This document shows positions 1 to 14,629 of a DNA stretch of 64,000 bases, piece by piece (position 1 is the stretch's first letter; the number at the start of each line of letters is the position of its first letter). A program made the position numbers and the translations under genes. The notes under the pieces are model-generated. The model saw only the letters and a list, made by a program, of their open reading frames with translations. It was not told the origin of the DNA and ran no database searches. Source of the stretch: Trichoplax adhaerens (taxonomy: Eukaryota > Animalia > Placozoa); the NCBI RefSeq assembly GCF_000150275.1, contig NW_002060948.1, positions 1,077,983-1,141,982 of the forward strand, given 5' to 3'.

Positions 1-3000
1 ATTTAAACTTGGCTTTTGATGTTGCTGATAAAGCTCTTGACATTCCTCCGATGTTAGACGCTGAAGGTAATGTTTTGCACAATCCTCTGTCAATAAAGAA
101 AGTATGCCTACTGTAACCCATCAATAGTTTTTATTCATTATTATTAATTAGTGCCATTATTATATCGTTTACAAATTACAATTATAATACTTGCTTTATT
201 ATCTCGTACACAAACTTGCAAAGTTAATATAACTAATACAATCATTATAGTATGTCTTTAGCAGATTGATCTGTTGTAATGTACCCTTGAATATCATAAA
301 GCTAGGGAAACACTGGAAAACGACATGATAAAATATTGTGCATTATGAAACTTTTTGCGATTACAGCTGTAGTGGGTTGACGGCATGTTTCATCAAGCAC
401 ATCATTTTACCCTCAGTTCGTATAGATGTAAAATACTTAGACTGTACAATACTACTATTTCATAATATCGAATGTTTCGCTATATCAATAGCATTATTCG
501 TGTTATATATTATTCCCACCCGTTCGTCCGCACGATTAAAACGCGAGTTTGATGGTGCATTTGAATTGTAGATGTAATATTGCAGTGAGTCATTTTGAGA
601 AATTTTATTAGTCTCCCAAAACATACTCAGGAGACTAATGGAACTAAAATTTAAAATAAAGTATGCAGCGTTAAGTATCACTAGTGGAGCTTCTACTAGT
701 TTCTGTAACGAAGGATGTAATACAGTATTAATTATTTTAATTCTGCAGACAATATTATGCTAAATAGTTGATATGCTTGTACATCGTGCATAGCAATGAT
801 TTCAATTGTACATAATTTTTGCATAGTAATTAGGATTATAACAGATGATTAAAAACAATGGTTTAAGAATCCAATGTAAAATGATTAATCTTTTTTCACT
901 TATACAGATATATCAACGAAACCTGATGAACGGGCTGTTATGACTTACGTATCGTCATATTATCACGCCTTTGCCAGCTCTAGCAAGGTTAATAATGATA
1001 CTTTACAGTTAATTATATTCTCAGTTTTCGAGTTACTAATAGCCATGTTATCGCTGTGTTATCTCATTGGCTTTCATATACTCTATAGGCTGAAATGGCA
1101 TCTAAACGTATTGGCAATGTATTAGATGTTACGATGAAGAATGAACAAATGATGGAAGAATATGAATTTCTTTCTTCCGATGTAAAAGCAGTATAGCTAA
1201 AAAGATTCATCTAGATAGTATCATATCTAATTATTGTCGGTCCAGAAGAAAATTAGTAAAGGGGTTATCCCCTTGATACTATTTTTAATTGCAAAGGATA
1301 CCGGGCAAAGATTTTTTAATGCCCCTCCAAACCGAATATCTATTTAAATTACTAAATTAGACGCGTATTTCCTGGCCATTCCTTAAAAGAGTGACTGGAA
1401 ACATACATAATTATATAATCAATACTTGATTACAAATGAACTTTAACACTATCATGGCGAAGCTAACTTTTAACAAACTCTTATCGTAGTTGCTTGAATG
1501 GATAGCTGAAAAGATACCATGGTTATCAAGTAGACCAGAAGATGATAGCATCGAATCGGTTCAAGTAAGATTTTAGTTTTATAACTCAAATAATCTAAAA
1601 TCTTTACCATTGGGCTTCAATGAATCTAACAATGTCATTAATAACGTAATCAGCAAGCACTAGAAGAATTTCGCACGTATCGATCAAGCGAGAAACCGCC
1701 AAAGGCCTCCGATAAGACGCGTCTCGGTATAATATTCAGTGCTCTGCAGACCAGACTTCGCATTGCTAACAGACCTGCATATGCTCCAGGAGATGGAAAA
1801 GTCATCACGGTACTGTAGTTTCATTTTACGGTTACCATGATTAATTGTGTATAGTTAAGTTAGCGCCGATAATTCATACATACATTCTAATAGGATATCA
1901 ACGATGCCTGGGAAAATTTAGAGCGCGTTGAACGAGAATTTGAAGAATGGATCTACCCTGAATTTAGAAGGTCAGCAATATTATACTCGACTATTTACTA
2001 GAAGATATCCTTATCGGATTCACTTTAATTTAGATTGAAACGCTTGAGCTACCTCCTACAAAGATTTGAAAGAAAAAGCTCAAACTTAGAAAACTGGATA
2101 GAAGGGACGAAACCCTTCGTAGAGTATGGTGCCATTGATAGTTTAAAACTGGCTGAAGTATCGGTAGGACTAAATATCAACAAAGTTGCTGGATAGAATT
2201 ATTTGTGTTATTTTGAAAGTCAAATCGGTATCTTTAGATAAACATAATATCTTCACAAATCTACTAAGTGTATATAGGATACGTAATTCTACTAGCAGCC
2301 TCTGTTACAGTTTAAATGCTTGCTATTTTAATAATGAAGCGTAGTATTATAATTAATAGCTTTATGTGAGTTACAACTGTGTGTTACTTCAGTGTAATAT
2401 CGTAAATACTTTATGACTACGGGGTATGGGTAGTAACCGTTAGAATTGCAAACATATTGTAGGCATAATTCACGATTTTATCTAATACTTTCTGGTTTTA
2501 CTTGCTGTAGGCCTTGAAAAAGAAATTCGATGCCTTCATGTTGGATTTTAATGCCCATATTGATTCATTGGCTGTTATTGAAGGAATTGTTGAAGAAATA
2601 AAGTACTATCAATTTATAAAAGCTATTTTACTGCTTTGTTTCGTTCCATTTTAATCGATGTTAAACCGATAAAAATCATTGTTTGCTTATTAGCGTCATT
2701 TTTCTTGTAATATATAGTAATTTGGGATTTACTGAATCTGAAAGAGTTAATGACAGATTTTCGGTATAGTTCTTCATTAACTAACGTGGCATTTATATTT
2801 CTAAAAGTAACCAATATGTAATAAATGCGTTTACTATAGAATCTACAGCAAGAATGGCAGTACTTAGGCGATACCGCGAACAACTTTGGTGCAGAGATTG
2901 AGGTTCAATTTGCGACAGACATTCCTATTGATAATAGATGCATCTACGGCATTATGATAAATTTATGACTTTTGATGTTCTGTTTGCTCGCTATATTGAT

Positions 3001-5229
3001 TTTATGTCTAATTATAGAATTGCCTTCAACGGCAACAAAGAGTCGATGAACTCAAACTTGAATTTACCAAATTGGCCGCGGTATTTTTTAAAAGTTAATC
3101 ACTGATTTTATTAAAGGCATTTAGAGTCACTAATTCTCTATTGCCTCCTATTTTATAATTTTATTAGCCTGTCAACAAATGGTTAGATGGTGCTATAGAA
3201 GATCTAGAAGATATTTATGATGTAAACTCTTTAAAGGAACTCGAGGTGATAACTGGATAATGAGATTACCTAAAATGAAGACAAGATTCGTCTGCTTTCA
3301 TAACAGTTTTTCGCTCATGTACGATTATAGGAATTAGAGGCTAGCTATAATGAACTAAACGAAGAATTTGCAAAGACGGAACCAGATAGAAATAGGATTA
3401 CGGAAATATGTGAGAACCTAAAAGATTTTGGAGCAGCAGACAATGAGTATACTACCATAAGTGCTGAGGTAAGATAAACAACCATTGATGCTAGTTCTTT
3501 TATATGCGTAGTATCATTAGAACATCTTATTTGAATTGCAGGATATTGACCGAAAATGGGATGAAATTTCTGATTTGCTTCCACAAAAATCTGAATTACT
3601 GGCAGAATTTCGTAATAAGCAAATGTGTATCTTTAACATCGGATAATTTTATACCTAATAAAACAATAAATTGATACAACGATAATATCTAACATTGAAG
3701 GCCAATACTATGTACGAAAATTATTAGCAATGCCTTAACGTTAATCTAACAGCTGATGAAGAACTACGCAAAGCTTTCGCTGAAAAAGCAAATGAAATTG
3801 GCCCATGGATCGAAGAAAAAAACCAATACGTGGGTTATTATGTTCGTTCAATGGAAGGCACATTGGAAGTAAGACAATTATACTCTATTTTACGCCATAG
3901 TTATATATTATAATTCCAACAATTCATCTACGATGTTATCACTAGATTAAACTATTGATGTTTATATTATTAGGATCAGCTGGATAATTTACTTGGAATG
4001 GAACAAGAAATTAAAGCTTTTGGCCATAATATTAATGAAATCTTCGATATTAGTAAGGTAACTGCTTAGTATGTGAATCTATCGATCTATGTCGACTGTT
4101 TGTAAAAGCACATGAGTAATATAGCCATTTTGCTATGGAATTAAAATTTTTATAGAAAATACACGATGCCATGATTTTTGAGAATCCTTATTCGAAATAT
4201 ACCATCGAGGTAATATATAATCATTATAAATTATCACATTATAAATACAAGCAATAACAACAAATTTTGATTACAGTCTATTCGCTCAATGTGGGATGAA
4301 TTAATAAACAGCGTTCATAGCAGTATCCAAGTAGTCGATAATGAGGTAAAACGATCTTGATTTCGGTATTACACACTTAAAATGGAAATTTTAACCTAAA
4401 TTTAACTTTTTGCGAGTTAGAAATTAGCGCGAGACTCAAAGGGAATTACGAATGAACAATTGCAAGAATTTAAACAAGCCTTCAATCATTTTGATAAGGT
4501 TAGAGAATAAAATGCAACTAAAGTTTCAAAATGAGGTTTTAAGACAAAAATTTTATTCTTCTAGGATAAATCAGGCGTCTTGGAAATTAAGGAATTCAGA
4601 CAATGCTTAGTTAGTGTTGGTCTTATCCCCGATATTGAGGTTTGCACAAGCAATTACCCTAACGATTGATTGCGTTGTTCTAAAATTTTAATTTTATGTT
4701 ATTATACAGACGAATGATGAAGAATTCGAGCATGTTTTATCAGTCGTAGATCCTGATGGATCTGGCACTATCACTATCCAGGAATATATCGATTACATGA
4801 TACAGGAAATCTCGGAACAAGATACTGCCGACCAAATAGTCGAGTCTTTCCGAACGCTAGCTAATGATAAGGTTAGCTTCTATCAATTATGAATGTCTAA
4901 ATAATGTGCTTGTCAGTTTGCAATATAAATAGCTAGTAGATGGTATGCTACTGCTATCTGGTATACCCCGTATTTAGATTGTTTCGTTTTATCTGTTGAG
5001 ATAAATTGTATATAAGTGTACTTAAAGAAACGTATCTGTTTTCTCATTCCAATTCCTAAACAATTACCAGCCATATATTACTGAAGAAGAACTCAGGCAC
5101 GAACTCGCTCCAGATTATGCCGAATTCTGTATTAAGCGCATGATGCAATATGATCAACCTGGAGCTCCTGCTGATGCTTTGGATTACACATCTTTTTCAT
5201 CAGCCCTTTATGGAGAAAGTGATTTATAA
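1..5229 (+). CDS. ACTN: Alpha-actinin, 5'-truncated multi-exon gene (end of CH2 domain, 4 spectrin repeats, C-terminal EF-hand domain)
   Basis: Spliced exons read [21 protein letters not shown]|[27 protein letters not shown]...EKPPK...[41 protein letters not shown] and [12 protein letters not shown]...[17 protein letters not shown] (TAA 5227-5229). All are hallmark alpha-actinin segments. Confidence 0.97.
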
Positions 5230-7003
5230 TCAATGATTAAGGGTAATCGAAATACGAAATTAGCCGCCACTAAATTTTACTGTTTGGGTAACATGAATAA
5301 TTTTCAATGGCTATCGTTGACTAGTAATTAGTTAATTATTACTTGTTAATCCTGCGTTTATGAATTAGATCACTGTTATTTGACAATACGAGTATTCTGG
5401 TTGTTATTCGAAAAGTTACGTATGGATAGATTTAGCTCGTAGACTGGTCTAGAGTTGATATTGAGGTATTTGTTACGCATCTGAATTTCGTGATTGCACT
5501 TTTCTGTTATACTAATTTTATGTGCCACTTGTTCAATTTGCCTTAGTAATAGTAATTGAAAGATTTTAATTTCGTGAGTGAATTGATTATTCTGAATTCT
5601 TGACTCTGCAACACTAATTAATAAAATTGAAACTTTATTATAGAGTTGTTGCTTAACTTAGCTTACAAATAGTTAAAGGCTTTTTGCACGACCCCTTTGA
5701 TTGCGTTAAATTTCAGTAAATACAAATATCAACAGTAACTTCAATACTCGTATGTATACTATACATAGAACGAATGCCTTTCGTATACGTCAAATTTATG
5801 CTCGAAGTAGGTTATATACTTATTTTCTACCATAACACGCAAGTAGAAGATAGGGCTAATAGTTTGCCCGCTAGACATTATGTAACAGGACGAATAATTG
5901 TGCGACCCTATTCCGATAAGTACTTTTATTAATACTATATGAGATATTTTAATCATAATAGCTATGATTAAAAACCAAAGATTGCTTGAACTTATCCATA
6001 AGTTAACTTTGGCGAATCATTTACCTCAAGTTATAGCTATTCTACTTTACATCAACAAGAATTGTAATTTAGTTCTCACAATCCAGAGATTATGGTTATT
6101 GCTGTCTGATTTAATTTATGGATTTAGGCTTAAATATACTGTAAATCGTAAGGATTTAACTAGGGTACGTATTGTGGAATGAAAATTATACATGGACATA
6201 TTACTATACGTAAATTGAAAGTTTACCATTAATTTTAAGATTATACCAGATCAGAATCTAAGTTAGCGATTATTGGAATTAGCGTAAATAGCACAAAGGT
6301 AATTATTGGCCAGCATTAGCCAATTAAAGAACAAGGTTTACTCCACTTGAAGCACCCATTATTCAGTTATTAAACGACAAAAGTACGGAGTTCATGCTAA
6401 AATGTAGCAATATATACTCATATAACTCCATGCATTATGAATTTAAAAGGACTAGAGTGATGTAAATAATGGTAGGTTAGACAATAATTAAATATTCTCA
6501 AATATGTTTTGCCAATTGAGAACTGTATTTAAACCGTTTGTAGTATTAACTACATATTGTGATATGCAATTCTTTACAGTACAGATTTTAACAGGATATT
6601 CTGGTAATCCAAATAAAATAATGAACTAGCTAGTAATGGTTCACTCATCCGAAATTTGTTTTATTAATAGAGAAGTACATCATTATTATATGGTAAACGA
6701 AATTTAGTTTTAAATAAGTAATAGCTTATAGGAATAATATTTCAATAAGAACAAAGTTAAGATACAAACTCAAAAATTAGTAGACAGAGGTATTGAAATA
6801 ATGACTATGATGCATCGATTCAGAATTAACTTTTTTATATCATTTAATCAAAATAAACGAATACTGATATCTATGTACAAATATGCAAATATAATATAGT
6901 TAATGTTGTCCAGTAATGATGATTTAACGGCTATTGCGATGTTTATAATACATCTTTTTTTAAATATTGATATCGCTAATATTTTATTATCCAAGTCGAT
7001 TAT

Positions 7004-10000
7004 CTATTTAATTTTAATTAAGTTATCCAGTAGGCTTTTGCCACTATGTGAGGCTAGAAGAGATATTGCTTTATCATTTGACGTTTTAATGGCAACATCG
7101 TAAGCTGTTTCACCAGCACCATTTTTGGGTTTGATATCGACTCCACACCTTAAAGTGAAATTATATGACTTTTTAATAAATCAATTATATTGGAAACTTA
7201 TGATAAATACTATATGACGTATATTGCACTAAAAGCAACCATTTTAAAGTAATTCTGCATTATTAATCATTTATTAACACTGTTATCTTCGAAAAATATA
7301 AATATAATCGAAATAATCCTTTTAAAATAAGGATCGTAATCCTATACTATATAGATCTCGTAATTTAATTCTACATAGTATTTTAAGAAATAATGTCGCC
7401 ACCTTGAGTTTTGCACGGTAGTGTCATAAATTTTGCACCGCAGCTACAGCGCGAACTTTTCTCTACCGTATCAATTTCTCCTGTACAGGGGCGACATTAT
7501 TTTTTTAAATACTGCAGGTTGTTTATCGCCCGTTATAGCAATATTCTGAAAGACTAATTAGGGCACTCTGTTAAGGGTATATTTTAATATTTAATTTAAC
7601 ATTTTATACTGATTTATCATCTGTAAGTGAAAGATTTTACATTTAAAATTAAGGCACCCCTACATAACACTTCTCTTGCAATTTTTTGTTAACAATATCT
7701 AGTTTAGTAAATATTAACTTGACTTACTCCAGTAAAATTTCAACAGCCTTAATACCATTTGGTCCAAGTTGTACTGCTTCGTGTAGAATAGTATTTCCCT
7801 TACTAAATTAATAAGAGACATACGACTAAATGAGACTATTTATAGCGTTTAGTTACCGTAATGCGCAAGATTTTTAATCTAGTTCTTGTTGTTGATTTAT
7901 ACATAAAAATTATCCTACAAATTATATTTCAATTCCAACTACGAATAAAATTAGTACTAGTACCACATAATACTTATACTTGCGATTGAGCGATAATTTT
8001 ATATTTAATTCTACAACTATAAGATCTTGCAAGAAACATCAATACAATTAATTTACCATGAAACTTTAGCATTAACATCAGCGCCTTCTTGAATCAATAC
8101 TGGTATGCAATCGTAGTGACGACTTTGTATTGCAACTGCTAAAACTGGGATTTGATCGTTATTTTTACAGTTTGGATCAGCACCCTTTAAGAAAAGATTT
8201 AAATTAAGATTCTATTAAATTATTATTCTTACTAAATGATGTCATATAAAGCTGATGGTATTATTTATCAAGAAGTGACAAATTGTACTTTAAGGTATAA
8301 ATACAGTCACAATGTAGAGTTGTCTTACTAACCTCTTCAATTAAATTTTGAACTTCTTCTATTCTTCCTTCTCCTTCTGGACCAACTTCTTTGAAAAGGA
8401 TTCTATTTTCAACCTGAAATGATAGAAGGTATCATTATCAATACGCCATAGTAAAGCTTAATTGGGGTGCATAGAAATTAATGTAGTTAGTGGACAATAA
8501 CATATCGGCTATTATTAAATGAAATTTAATTAGAATATATGCGTATTGATGAAGTTAAAGGAATAACAACATATGTGATGTTATCGAAATAAAATTTAAT
8601 TAAGATTTATGGATATTGACATAGTTAAAGTATAACAACACGCCATACAGTATAGGATCTTACAAAGATAATATTTAATTAGGATACGTATTGGTATCCA
8701 CTGATATAGTCAGTGGATAATAAATAACTTACGGGGATAGTATGAGAACATAGGTGAAATTTTAGTTATAATACTTGAGCACTGATATAAATAACGGATA
8801 AGAGAAATTCGTAATATCTATAGAAATCATACTGTATTTTGTAATAGTATTAGTTATATTATGGAATCACATGCAAATTTATAAATGGAATCAAATATTC
8901 GGAATAAAAATGTGAAGGCTAATAATATTGAACAAATAATGATACATTCGTATAATACGTTAAGCGCTATAAACTGGAAATGTCGATAAGCTACATTAAA
9001 TTATAAGTTTGAGCATTACAAGTGGAAAGTGTTTATACAATATGCTATAATCCTTGTCTAGTATAACATTCTTACACTTAAGACTTCTTTCTTGTTAAAG
9101 GAAAATCCTTTAGCTTTCGTTGGTTTTTTCTTTTCTTTATTTTTGCTAGGAGCTAGTCAAGGAATAGTAAAGTAAATCGTACAATTGATGTTTTAGTATA
9201 CAATTTAATATGCTTACAATAGGAATTATAATATTTTGAATGCAATTTATAAAATTAGTTTAATTGACTGACGGCTAAGAAAATAAACGTACAGGATGAT
9301 TTTTCTTTAGCTTCGGTTTCGGTAACGGAGCTTAATCCTTTCTCTATTTTGCTGATTTTGGCTTTCTGTAATATCAAAACAATATTTGAATGTTATTTTG
9401 ACGCTACAAATTTGAATACGAAAAAGATCACAAGTAACAGTATATAATTCAAGAGATTTGTTTTATAAGAGAAAATAAATTTCACTTGTTTTACAGTAAC
9501 TTGTATCTTACTGTTTTTTAATTAATCAAGCAGTCTCTGAAATATAGAGAATAAAATAACATTCAGCGCAATATCATACCAAAAACTTACCTTATCCTGC
9601 TTTACTTCATATGTTATTGATATGGTCATATCATCTATATCTTCATGAACAGTAGCAGCAAGCAACTATAGTCATAGAACAGGTATAATAGATAAGAAAG
9701 AATTTAGTCAACCAGCAGTAATGGCTAGTGTACTCTGTACAGTATATAGTTTTAGCTTCATTATCAAATCAGTTGAACGTGTTAATTGTGATTTAGATGC
9801 TGGAGTATAAGTATTAATATAAACGGCAAATAGTTTCAATTGATTAATCAATTTCCAGTACAGACCTTGCCTAACTTTGGCTCGCCAATAATTTTTCGAA
9901 ACTCGTTGTTATTTTGTACGTGAACACGGAAATGTCCACAAATATGATCCATTTGTTTCCTCCAAAATCCTAATGCATCAATATAGAAAATACTATAAAT

Positions 10001-13000
10001 ACCAATAAATCCTATCTTTACATAGTAGAAAGCTATTAATTTTACTGGCATATTGTTATACAGATAATCAATACACGTAGATTATTCTACTTATACTCAA
10101 ACATCCTATAATAAATAAGTTAAAAGGGAGCATAGAATAGATGTAACTTTACCTTTGCCTGGGCTAACACCAGATAAAAGAGATTTCTTTTCCTTTATTC
10201 CACCATCTTCTTTGCCATTCTGAATATTGGACTGATTAGAAATGGATTTATTGGAAGGATAAAATAATCCTTGAGTCTGTGTGTGAATCGATCTCGTTTC
10301 TGCTGGTAACGGTGGAATGGTTACCGTCATCCACTGGTTATCATTTTTTGTCTGGCGGTCAGTTTGCTATAAAAATTGGAAATTAAAATGAGAGAGGATT
10401 GCTTTCTAATCTCAGTAAGTCTCTATTACAATTGGTGTTTTACTAGGTTCAATCGAAAAGAATCTGCATGATTATACCATTAAAAACTTGTTTGTAATCA
10501 CGTAATGAGATCGTTAACAATTATATTTATTATCGATATATTTTCGATATATATTCGATATTTTATCAATATCTTCATATATAAATGCAACAAATCTCGA
10601 TTATATGATAATCTAACCTGTAACGCTTTAGTAACTTTAGATGGCAAATTTGAATTTCTCGAATCTAAGCGTTCTGGTGGTCCTAGTAAGCAGCCACATG
10701 AATTGCAAAATTTCGCATATGGATGGCAACTTGCGTGGCATTTGGAACAGGTTATGTAAGAGGAGGTCTGCTTAGGCTATAATTAGAATAGTAATAGTCT
10801 CTAAACTACTGGTTCTAATTCAGAAACTAGCAGTGACATGAAATATAATTATAACAAGCTAAAATAGATATTGGCTAACCTTAGCACCACACCAATCACA
10901 GAAACGCGCATCACTATTATTAATACGTGAACAATGTGAACACTGCAACAAACAACCTTCTTTGGTCGGTAGAGGTGGAGCAGAAGTAGATGTATTTAAC
11001 GACTATAAATAATGAAATAACCCATATGATTTTAACTACTGATATTATTTTAATATTACAAATTTTTTAGCTGCATCGCGTTATAATACCTTCGTCGCTT
11101 TGGTCAACCTTGCTTCACAAGTGACACATATATCTAGTCCAACTGGATTTACTGTACCACAACTACTGCAGACCTGTTGTGTCTAGAAGGACAGAATTTG
11201 CTTATATTACTTATTTGAAGCCAAATTTTAATTATATTTATGGTATTACTATCTATACAGTGCGGCATCTTTGACAAATATCATAAGAAAACCTACCTTG
11301 CCCGTAACATGGGCTGGTGGCTGTTTCTGTTGTGGTATAGCAGCCTCGCATACAATACATTTCTGTGCATGCATTGGAACCAAAGATTTGCAGTGGACGC
11401 ACATACTAACCTATAATCAAACATAACAAATCAAATATTATGCTGAATAGAGAAAAGAATATTATCATTATTTTCCAGCCGATATTTGAGCTAATATTCC
11501 CAAATAAAATCGATATCTCCGTAACTGCTTTTGTTTATACGTTAAATACCTGGCCTTCGTCTGCTGGCGGTAACCTAGTGGTAGGTAGAGGGGGTATGGC
11601 AGCACCACATTCGTTGCAGAATCTTGCGAATGGATCAGATGGCCGTGGTGCCGAGCAGTACATACAGCTTTTGAATCATCTTTACGTTAGTATATACGGC
11701 ACAGTGATATACAATTTATTAGAATTGAAAATAACTCACTGTAAATAACTCGCTTGCTTTAATAGCTTCGTAGCTTGTGTTGCCGTTTCAGCATGTTGAC
11801 GGGGAGTTGTCTTAGTAGACAAGATAGCAATTATTTGAGTAAATTAATTAATGCTGCATTAGGTTTAATTGGACTGTAAATTATACATATTGAACATGAG
11901 TTACAAGTACTTAGACCTCTATACATCTACAAATACATGATTGCCATAGTTTGCTTCTATAATTAGTTGTAACTATTATTATACCGAGGACTGCCTTAAA
12001 TTGGTATCTTCATAGCTTCCATCTAAGGTATTACTACCCAGTCTGTTAGGATATGAAAAGATTGAAGCAAGTATCTAAGTATTGATGTAATTATCCTGTA
12101 ATTCATTCAGTACATACCTATTATTTAGATATTTAGGTCCAGTATAAAATGATTCGTTATTAGATTGATTTAAATTAAGATCTATTAATACGATAACAGG
12201 GTATAAGTAATTTGGCAGAGTAGAAATGACGTCATTCAATATGAGCAATTACGAAAGCATATTTTGCGTAGATATTACTTCAGAAATAATTAGATACTTT
12301 AGATATAGATTACTGATTTGTGTACTGTAGTTTTTCTCCTAATGAATAAGCCCACAATTATATGAAGTAATAGTTGTCATTAGTTCGCTTCCAATATAAT
12401 ATGCGCGAATACAGTAGTAATGCATTAAACAGAAATAAAAAATACTATGAAAGGTCTGCACTAATGATTGTCCTAGGATATTGCCATGTGTAATCCAATT
12501 TTATTACCTCGTGTTTTTCCTATCAGTTCATTCTCAGACTTTGCAGTTGAGCTTAACATTTTACCAATTAGAGACTTTGATAACTATTTGCATATTGTAA
12601 GGTAAAATATCATTAAAAATTACAAATATAAACTGATATTGCTTAATAATAGAAACACATAATTTCCAAATTAAGATAAAGATAAATTTAAAACCTTTGG
12701 TCCTCCTAATTTGCTTCTTTCTGTAGCTTCATCTTGAGAGCTTGCTTGTTCTACGTTAAAGGTTTTAGTGACAACATTGCTTTGCCGAGTGCCATCACTA
12801 ACGATATTTATGAGAGGGTAAATAAAACAGATTTAAATCATTTATAACAAATTCTATTAACACAATAATTTATTTCATAATATTCTAGAGCCATATGTGG
12901 AAATTTAAAAATACCTTGATACTGCGACAGCTTTAATTGATCTTTTACCAGCCGGCAGTTGAAAAGGCTTTTTATAAATGTAGGTATTGTTAGTTCCAAT

Positions 13001-13252
13001 TTTTCGAAAAGGATCAGGTTTATTCCCATCAATTGTGTAAAAGATTTGAATATCTGCTCTAGCTATTATAACAATGTCAATTAATTCATCAAAATCTTTG
13101 CTATATAACTATGTTTGCATAAATGAAATAGATTGAATACAATATTTACTCGTTGCGATTTCTATTAAAGTTGCAGTAGTGATAAAGTTTTTTTGTGCTC
13201 CTGGCTTTCGTAAAGGAACAATTGTAGGAACTTGAATCGATCCTGCTGCCAT
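7004..13252 (-). CDS. DZANK1: Double zinc ribbon and ankyrin repeat domain protein 1 (multi-exon)
   Basis: N-terminus MAAGSIQVPTIVPLRKPG...IFYTIDGNKP. Zinc ribbons CMYCSAPRPSDPFARFCNECGAAIPP and CVHCKSLVPMHAQKCIVCEA. Also TQTQGLFYPS and SPGKGFWRKQMDHICGH...NNNEFRKIIGEPKLGK. C-terminal ankyrin exons end ...KNGAGETAYDVAIK...LIKIK* (TAG 7004-7006). Confidence 0.93.
7377..7513. mobile_element. ~137-bp MITE-like / foldback element in the last DZANK1 intron
   Basis: Terminal inverted repeats AGTATTTTAAGAAATAATGTCGCC ... GGCGACATTATTTTTTTAAATACT (22/24 match), plus inner inverted pair ACGGTAG/CTACCGT. Non-coding and more GC-rich than the flanks. Confidence 0.6.
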
Positions 13253-14587
13253 AGTATCCTTTAAAAGAAATGGTAAAGTTAAGGGTTGCACTAAAGTATT
13301 TGCATGTAAAACTGTATTGCTGATTTCGACAATGTATTACTATATCTATGGTGAATAAGAGGATGCCAGACACTTCAAATACACTTATGAAAGCTAGAAC
13401 GATCTAGGCATCTCATAGCTGACTTGGTAGCTATGATCATATTACTTAGTTGTATTATCATATGCTTTACAAGCAACACGATGAGGATATATTGACGAAA
13501 GTATAAATACTAATAAGTGTTTGCATCTTAGCAACGCTATCAAAAATGATTCGTTGCAATTGTTTAATTACCAAAATACATGTCTAAACTGAAGTGGTAA
13601 AAATAAAATTAGAAATTTTATTGCTTCTATATTACTGTGCTGCCTTGTGAACTTATAAGTACCGTCTATTTTCAATTCGTTACTTTCATTACCGTCATAT
13701 AATGTGATAGCTCTATCATCTATCTATCATTTTACATATCTTTACGAAATTTGAATGAAGCAATAGAGAGTAGGAAACGAAAGCGATATGATGTACGTAC
13801 ATACATATACATATGCTAGCTATTTCTTTTTACGTAATGCCAAGGAATATTACAGGTCCTATAGAAACATCTAACTTGAACTCAGCTGATAGAGTAGCGT
13901 GCAGAAAGTGCATTTCTCGTATGTCCATAAAGTTTATTCACTGTTAGTTCAAGAGATTGTGTTAACAGGAAAGACACCGCAATATTATTGCAACGTATTT
14001 CGTTAGATTTAAAAAATCACGAACTAAAGGGCGTAGCTCGATATTCATCATTCAATCTGCTTTCCATTCTATATTCACAACTACTACTGAAACTAGTGTA
14101 TATTCGTTTTTAATACAAAGTACCGTGTACACGTTTATGCTATTCCGTACCATGCCATGGAATGCCTGCTGAACGAGTATATGTACCCACTATTTACAGT
14201 ATATCATTATGAGTGAATGATAAAACTTTATTCATTGTGATGGATAAATTGGAAGATAGAAATGTGATATGCGAATATTGATTAATTATAAATATTAACT
14301 CTTTGTAGCCAATGTTATGATTGCAGAACTCGGTACTCAACATAGTTGTTGCTATCATGCAGGTAGATTACATATCGATCAGTCACTAGGGTTATTACCT
14401 GGTTTGGTTTCTTTCTTGTTATGGAAGTTTTTTTGATCGTACTTTACTTTAAAATATTTTGTATGCGTAGAATTCAAGAAGTTGCATGATCCTTGTCCGC
14501 AGGTTAACTTGTAGATAATTCAAATTCTTATGACAGTTTAATAATATTACTATGAGAATTCAATGAAGCGTATGAAAAATGTTTGGC

Positions 14588-14600
14588 GTATCATAGCAAC
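14588..14600. promoter_or_regulatory. Candidate RFX X-box upstream of DZANK1
   Basis: GTATCATAGCAAC contains a strong TAGCAAC half-site. It lies just beyond a probable DZANK1 5'UTR exon (minus-strand donor CAG|GTAATA near 14398). DZANK1 is a ciliary gene. Confidence 0.4.
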
Positions 14601-14629
14601 TGGAATGACTGCTCTCTAGTGTCTGTTCC

